From Flavobacteriales bacterium (GTDB lineage: Bacteria > Bacteroidota > Bacteroidia > Flavobacteriales_D > Sanyastnellaceae), in assembly GCA_030729695.1 (NCBI GenBank), contig JANQWV010000070.1, positions 9,188 through 73,187 of the forward strand: 64,000 nucleotides of DNA, read 5' to 3'. The first letter of the stretch is position 1. Each line of letters starts with the position of its first letter. This document shows, piece after piece, positions 59,242 to 64,000 of the stretch. The notes under the pieces are model-generated. The model worked only from the letters and a program-made list of their open reading frames with translations, searched no databases and had not been told where the DNA came from. The position numbers were made by a program, and so were the translations under genes.

Positions 59242-59630
59242 TGGCAACGCTCTTCACTCGAATCATTAATGGTGAAATACCCTGTTATAAAATTGCCGAA
59301 AACGACCTATTCATAGCTTTTCTAGATATTCTTCCAGTTGCAAAAGGGCACGCACTTGTCGTACCGAAAAAAGAAATAGACTACATCTTCGATTTACCCA
59401 ATGAAGAGTTACAAGCATTAAACATTTTCGCTAAAGAAGTAGCTCGCAAAATTCAATCAGTCATTCCGTGTAAAAAAATCGGCATCAGCGTAATCGGATT
59501 GGAAGTGCCGCACGCACACATGCATCTTATTCCAATCAACAACATACATGATATGAATTTCGAAAAGGAACGATTGAAATTCACTGCTGAAGAATACACC
59601 GAGCTTGCTCAAAAGATTTCTAACGCTTAA
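59241..59630 (+). CDS. HIT-family (histidine triad) nucleotide hydrolase
   Basis: 129 aa. Motifs FLDILPVAKGHALVVPK and HAHMHLIP. Confidence 0.9.
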   Translation: MATLFTRIINGEIPCYKIAENDLFIAFLDILPVAKGHALVVPKKEIDYIFDLPNEELQALNIFAKEVARKIQSVIPCKKIGISVIGLEVPHAHMHLIPINNIHDMNFEKERLKFTAEEYTELAQKISNA

Positions 59631-59654
59631 TTTAAATCTTTTTTATACTAAAAA

Positions 59655-59679
59655 AGGCCCTATTTCTAGGGCCTTTTTC
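59655..59679. terminator. Bidirectional rho-independent terminator between convergent genes
   Basis: AGGCCCTA-TTTC-TAGGGCCT hairpin (59655-59674) with an A-run upstream and a T-run downstream. Confidence 0.8.
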
Positions 59680-59697
59680 TTATAGTCAGATCTAATG

Positions 59698-61203
59698 TTA
59701 GTTCTTCAACATTTTCTTTCTAGCAATTGCATTGTTCGAAGTATGAATCTCTACGGTATACATTCCTGCAGACCAATTCGAAGAATCTACAAATACAACT
59801 TCTTGATTTGTCGTGTTTGAATTGTAAACGATTCTACCCATTGCATCGAATACACGTACTGCACTCACACGCTCTGAAGCGCGAATAGCAAATGATTCGT
59901 TCGCTGGATTTGGGAATACGTTGAAAGAAACTTCTTCAGTCTCATCAACACTAATATAACAAGGGCTCGTGTTCAAGTTCAAAGCACAAGCGATACGTGG
60001 TACTGAATAACCCATGATAGAATCACAGTAAGCCATTCCCTTTGCAGCAGACATATCTGGGTTTGTAGCCAAACCGCTTGCGCTGTTCGGGTTAGTTGCA
60101 GCATCCCACCACTCCCATGGTGCCGAGTCTACTTCCATTCCAACTGGACGCTCCAATGGGAACAAACCGTGGAAACCATTGTTCGTAGAGTTTGCAGCAT
60201 CTGTATAAACTTGACCAGGCTCATAACCTTCAGCCAATTCAAATATTCCGTTGTTACCATAAGCGCTCAATGCCAATTGAACATCGTAGCTACCTTGAAC
60301 CTCAACAACTGGTAAATTCAAACCAGGTACAATTACAGTTCCTGTGTAATATGGAGCGAATGGATCTGAAGGAACTTGGAAAGAAATCATTGGATTATCT
60401 TCTGCATCAATCCAAGAAATATCTCCACAAGCACCACCCATGTTAAGCGCAACATTGATATCTGAGCTATATCCAACGTGATTCGCGTAACACAATGTGT
60501 CTCCGTTTAAAGGATTAACACCAACTGATGTTCCGTTGATGTCTCCGTTTACGAAATCCAATACCATTGGAATACCTTCGCTGGTTGTAAACTTAGGAAG
60601 AAGCAAATCTGTGTATGCATCGATACCTGTAACAGCGAAAGAGATATATCCACCTGTTCCTTGTCCCCATACCGCAACGCGGGTAGGATCAATACCGAAT
60701 GGGTTACCATCTTCTGCAGCAGTCTTACGGAAAAAACGAACAGCAGTGCGACAGTCTTGAACACCACGGTAAGCCGCGTTGATCAATGTGTTTACACGCT
60801 CTTCTTGTGTTGCAGCAATTGGATTCCATCCTAGACGGTAATCGCAAGAAGCAACAACATATCCCAATTTAGCCAAACGAGTACACAACTCAACAATTGT
60901 TGAATCTGTGCGTGTTCCGCCAGCACCTTGGTTTTGTGGGAAAGGAAGGAAGTTTCCAGTGTGGAAATAAAGAATTACCGGACGGTCTGTTTCGGTATCA
61001 CCAGCAGGCGAATAAACATCCATTTTCAAAGCTTCAGGAATCGCTTCTCCGAGCTGAGCATAATACAATACCGTAGCGTTCACGCCATAGGTAACGTCCG
61101 TTTGAACGTTAACCGAAGTAAATTGCTCCGTCATGTAACGCTGTGCAGAAGCACCAGTTACACTCAACAAAGCAATCGCAATCAATGAGTAGATTTTTTT
61201 CAT
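59698..61203 (-). CDS. Alpha/beta-hydrolase-fold (Abhydrolase_3/esterase-like) protein with a T9SS C-terminal sorting domain
   Basis: 501 aa with signal peptide ending ASAQ. Esterase-like blocks VILYFHTGNF, DYRLG and IDPTRVAVWGQGTGGY. The C-terminus (FNVFPNPANESFAI..SAGMYTVEIH) is a type A CTD. Confidence 0.75.
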   Translation of the reverse strand: MKKIYSLIAIALLSVTGASAQRYMTEQFTSVNVQTDVTYGVNATVLYYAQLGEAIPEALKMDVYSPAGDTETDRPVILYFHTGNFLPFPQNQGAGGTRTDSTIVELCTRLAKLGYVVASCDYRLGWNPIAATQEERVNTLINAAYRGVQDCRTAVRFFRKTAAEDGNPFGIDPTRVAVWGQGTGGYISFAVTGIDAYTDLLLPKFTTSEGIPMVLDFVNGDINGTSVGVNPLNGDTLCYANHVGYSSDINVALNMGGACGDISWIDAEDNPMISFQVPSDPFAPYYTGTVIVPGLNLPVVEVQGSYDVQLALSAYGNNGIFELAEGYEPGQVYTDAANSTNNGFHGLFPLERPVGMEVDSAPWEWWDAATNPNSASGLATNPDMSAAKGMAYCDSIMGYSVPRIACALNLNTSPCYISVDETEEVSFNVFPNPANESFAIRASERVSAVRVFDAMGRIVYNSNTTNQEVVFVDSSNWSAGMYTVEIHTSNNAIARKKMLKN

Positions 61204-61206
61204 GTT

Positions 61207-64000
61207 TTATTTATTTTGTTTTTGATGATTGAACGAATATAGTACGCTAAGATAAGCCATTCTGCCAATTGCAGGTCCACCATAAACTTGAACCTGTTTG
61301 TTATTTAAGACATTAGATGCACCAAGCTTCACAAAAATGTTCGATTTAATATGGTTGTAATTCACCTGAACATCTACCATGTCGTATGTATTAATAAATC
61401 CTGTGAACTGCGGCGAGCCTTCGAATAAATACCCTTGAATCCATTTATAGTTAACACCATAACCCCAACAATTTCCATCCTTCGACTCAAACAACTTATT
61501 ACCTGTAACACTTAAATTGTACTTGTGCTTTGGAGTGTTGAAAGCTGGAATAATCGGATCGTTCTCATCGCTTCTAGCGATGGCATTATAAGAATAATTA
61601 GCCGCAAAGCTATGCTTCTCGTGGAAATAATAATTCACTCCTAAATTCAGACCTTGCGTAATAACCGTATTCTTCGAATTTGCTGAATAACGATAAACCT
61701 GCAATTCATCAGGGAGATTTGTCGTGGGGTCGAAAGTTGCCTCTAATCCTATGTTATAACCTATGAAATGCTTATAAACACTATAATACCCACCTAAGTC
61801 TAAATAAACTTTGTTATCGAAGAAAGACGCACGATAACCCAATTCCATAGTTTTTACTTGCTCAGGACGAATGGGATCTATATTGAAATATCTCAGACTG
61901 TCTGTTTCCAATGTATTTCTATAGGCATTGAAACTCGCCAACGTAATTAACGAATCCACACCACTCAGATTTCCACTCAAAATAGCTGGACCAACATTCA
62001 GGCTTAAATACTGATCGGTAAGCGTTGGATTTCTCAAAGCCGAAGAGAACGATGCTCGCAAGTAATGATTCTTCTTAGGTTGAAAAACAACCGATGCAGC
62101 AGGACTCACCAACGCGTCGAAGTTTACATTCTTATCTAGTCGCAGGGTTCCACTAACAATAAGTCTGTTCTCTAAGAATTTTCTTGTCGCTCCGAAATAC
62201 AATCCTCCCTCGTAATTGTATATTTTCTCGACGTCGTCTGTAAAAATTGTCCCAGCAGAATTTGGACGATACAGGCGAGCGTTTCCACCTATTCGATAAT
62301 CGATATACCCCGCTCCTTCCCATTGGTATTCACCATGAGTATGAAACAAGGATGAGCGGTCGTAGAAACGTGTTCCCCCATCAGCATCATTGTTATTGGC
62401 AGAAATTATTTGATTGAAATTCGAGTTGAAAAGTGCTGATCCCGGTTGAAAAAAACCGAACTGTCCAGCCATCGGTATGCCCGCAGTACCGTTGTTCGTC
62501 CAATTCTCTACCAATTGATGATAGAATGCTAAACTATCTGCATTCTGTGCCGACCACGAAGCATACTGAGCGTCGGTTGGAACAATGAAAAAATTGGGTT
62601 CTGCTGGATAATTCGGATTGATAACATATTGAGGATAGTTCATATCCAATACCCTGTTTCGAATTGAATCTTGCCAATACTTCACATAAGCATTCGCCCA
62701 ATTTTCATCTGACCGCGCAGCGTCCTGTAATTTCAATGCTGTGAAATAAGGGTCGAAACTATTTCCAGCATTTTCTCCAGTTCCATAAAAACGAATGAAA
62801 TACTTGTCCTTTTTCTTCAATTCAACTCGCCCTTGGAAAAATAAGATGTCTCGCAGACTGAATCGGTTGTCTCCTTGATAAACTGTTGTTCCTTGTCCAA
62901 CATTTCCTGCCAAAATCAATTCCGGAGAATTCTCTTCAAGCTCTGGTTTCAAGCGCAAATGAACAGAGGCATTCGCCTTTACGTTCTTTGTGTTGTAATC
63001 TACCAAATCAGACTCCCGGTAACCTGTTCTGAAAAATGTTCCTAACCCTGGTTTACCATTTGGATCTTCTGAATAGTTGTTCGCCGGAAAATATTCGTCG
63101 CCGTAGGTATTTACCGCATCGAATCTTCCTGGATTGCTCGCTGAGAAACCACCACCGTAGATAGGAGATTGATTATCGGCTGCCCAATCCAAGGCTTTAA
63201 ACGCAAAGACGTTGAACTTATATGCCAAGAATTTATAGCCATCCTTGTTGGAAAACGCGTGAGCAAATCGAACCGACGGTTCTACCAATTGTCTTTCTCC
63301 AACACGAAGCTGCGCAGTAAGACCTGTATGAATAAACGGATCCTTTGTCTCCATTTTGATAACACCGTTGAATGCTCCAGGCCCATAAAATGCACTACTC
63401 GCACCTTGAACAATTTCTACTGCGAACACATCCAAATCAGGTGCTCCAAGAAAATTACCTAAAGAGAAATTCAAACCTGGAGATTGGTTATCCACCCCAT
63501 CAATGAGCTGTAAACTTCTTACGGGTGAGGTCGAGTTAAATCCTCTTGTATTGATAACTCGAAATCCTAAACTTGCCGTGGTTAGATCAACTCCCTTCAA
63601 CGCCCCCAAACCTTCGTAAAAATTTCCAGAAGCTGAATTTTTAATAGCAGTCAAATCCATTCGTTCAACGGTTAATGGATTCTGTTTTTGCTTTTCTGTG
63701 ATTCGAGTGTCCTTAATAATTACTGTTGGCCCAAAATCTCCCGGACTCATTTCAACCAAAATAAAATCTGCATTTCTCACCAAGATCTCTTGGTCGGCAA
63801 ACCCAACATACTTCACGACCAATGTCGCAGGCAGTTCTGAAACTTTAATGGAAAACTCACCGTCGTAATCTGTTGTTACACCATTCGAGGTACCCTTCTG
63901 AAAGACCACCGCACCGGTTAGCGTAGCTTGGTTCTGCTGCTCCACCACTTTTCCGCGAAGGGTTTGCGAATACATGGTTGTAGTCGTCAAAAATGCCATA
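61207..64000 (-). CDS. TonB-dependent receptor (CarboxypepD_reg + plug + barrel), probably truncated at its 5' end by the window edge
   Basis: At least 930 aa. CarboxypepD_reg-like stretch LRGKVVEQQNQATLTGAVV..TDYDGEFSIKV. Plug-like stretch VINTRGFNSTSPVRSLQLIDGVDNQ..VEIVQGASSAFYGPGAFNGVI. The visible N-terminus lacks a full signal peptide. Confidence 0.85.
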   Translation of the reverse strand, partial: MAFLTTTTMYSQTLRGKVVEQQNQATLTGAVVFQKGTSNGVTTDYDGEFSIKVSELPATLVVKYVGFADQEILVRNADFILVEMSPGDFGPTVIIKDTRITEKQKQNPLTVERMDLTAIKNSASGNFYEGLGALKGVDLTTASLGFRVINTRGFNSTSPVRSLQLIDGVDNQSPGLNFSLGNFLGAPDLDVFAVEIVQGASSAFYGPGAFNGVIKMETKDPFIHTGLTAQLRVGERQLVEPSVRFAHAFSNKDGYKFLAYKFNVFAFKALDWAADNQSPIYGGGFSASNPGRFDAVNTYGDEYFPANNYSEDPNGKPGLGTFFRTGYRESDLVDYNTKNVKANASVHLRLKPELEENSPELILAGNVGQGTTVYQGDNRFSLRDILFFQGRVELKKKDKYFIRFYGTGENAGNSFDPYFTALKLQDAARSDENWANAYVKYWQDSIRNRVLDMNYPQYVINPNYPAEPNFFIVPTDAQYASWSAQNADSLAFYHQLVENWTNNGTAGIPMAGQFGFFQPGSALFNSNFNQIISANNNDADGGTRFYDRSSLFHTHGEYQWEGAGYIDYRIGGNARLYRPNSAGTIFTDDVEKIYNYEGGLYFGATRKFLENRLIVSGTLRLDKNVNFDALVSPAASVVFQPKKNHYLRASFSSALRNPTLTDQYLSLNVGPAILSGNLSGVDSLITLASFNAYRNTLETDSLRYFNIDPIRPEQVKTMELGYRASFFDNKVYLDLGGYYSVYKHFIGYNIGLEATFDPTTNLPDELQVYRYSANSKNTVITQGLNLGVNYYFHEKHSFAANYSYNAIARSDENDPIIPAFNTPKHKYNLSVTGNKLFESKDGNCWGYGVNYKWIQGYLFEGSPQFTGFINTYDMVDVQVNYNHIKSNIFVKLGASNVLNNKQVQVYGGPAIGRMAYLSVLYSFNHQKQNK

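Overview
This window looks like a densely coded chromosomal segment from a Bacteroidota (Flavobacteriia-like) genome. That placement is inferred from three proteins with T9SS C-terminal sorting domains, a BshB1-type deacetylase, a zeaxanthin-type crt operon, CarboxypepD_reg-type TonB-dependent receptors and signal peptides ending in AQ. I support about 58 protein genes, one tRNA-His and several clear rho-independent terminators. I found no rRNA, CRISPR array, transposase, integrase or recognisable phage-defence gene. Most genes are housekeeping: dnaK, grpE-dnaJ, lpxD, aroA, ubiE, murA, panB, trxB, truA, mutL, ispH, purA, glyA and greA. Two blocks stand out as candidate undescribed envelope systems. 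(1) 49656-58752 is a tight three-gene operon. It encodes an oversized TonB-dependent-receptor-like barrel (1253 aa), a 1403-aa T9SS-sorted protein I cannot assign to any family, and a PorV/PorQ-like barrel. (2) 38062-42689 is a four-gene operon in which every product is exported. It encodes a DUF4476 protein carrying three Asn/Val-ladder repeats, a CsgG/FlgO-like lipoprotein and two LPP20/FlgP-like lipoproteins. Smaller observations:
- a shared inverted repeat upstream of both dnaK and grpE-dnaJ;
- MurA with Asp at the position of the fosfomycin-target Cys;
- an unknown exported protein translationally coupled inside the crt operon;
- a T9SS alpha/beta-hydrolase-like protein with a degenerate nucleophile elbow, paired with a second TonB-dependent receptor;
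- a CotH protein whose lamin-tail domain appears to be split by a large insertion.
All functional calls come from motif recognition by eye. No database search was run.
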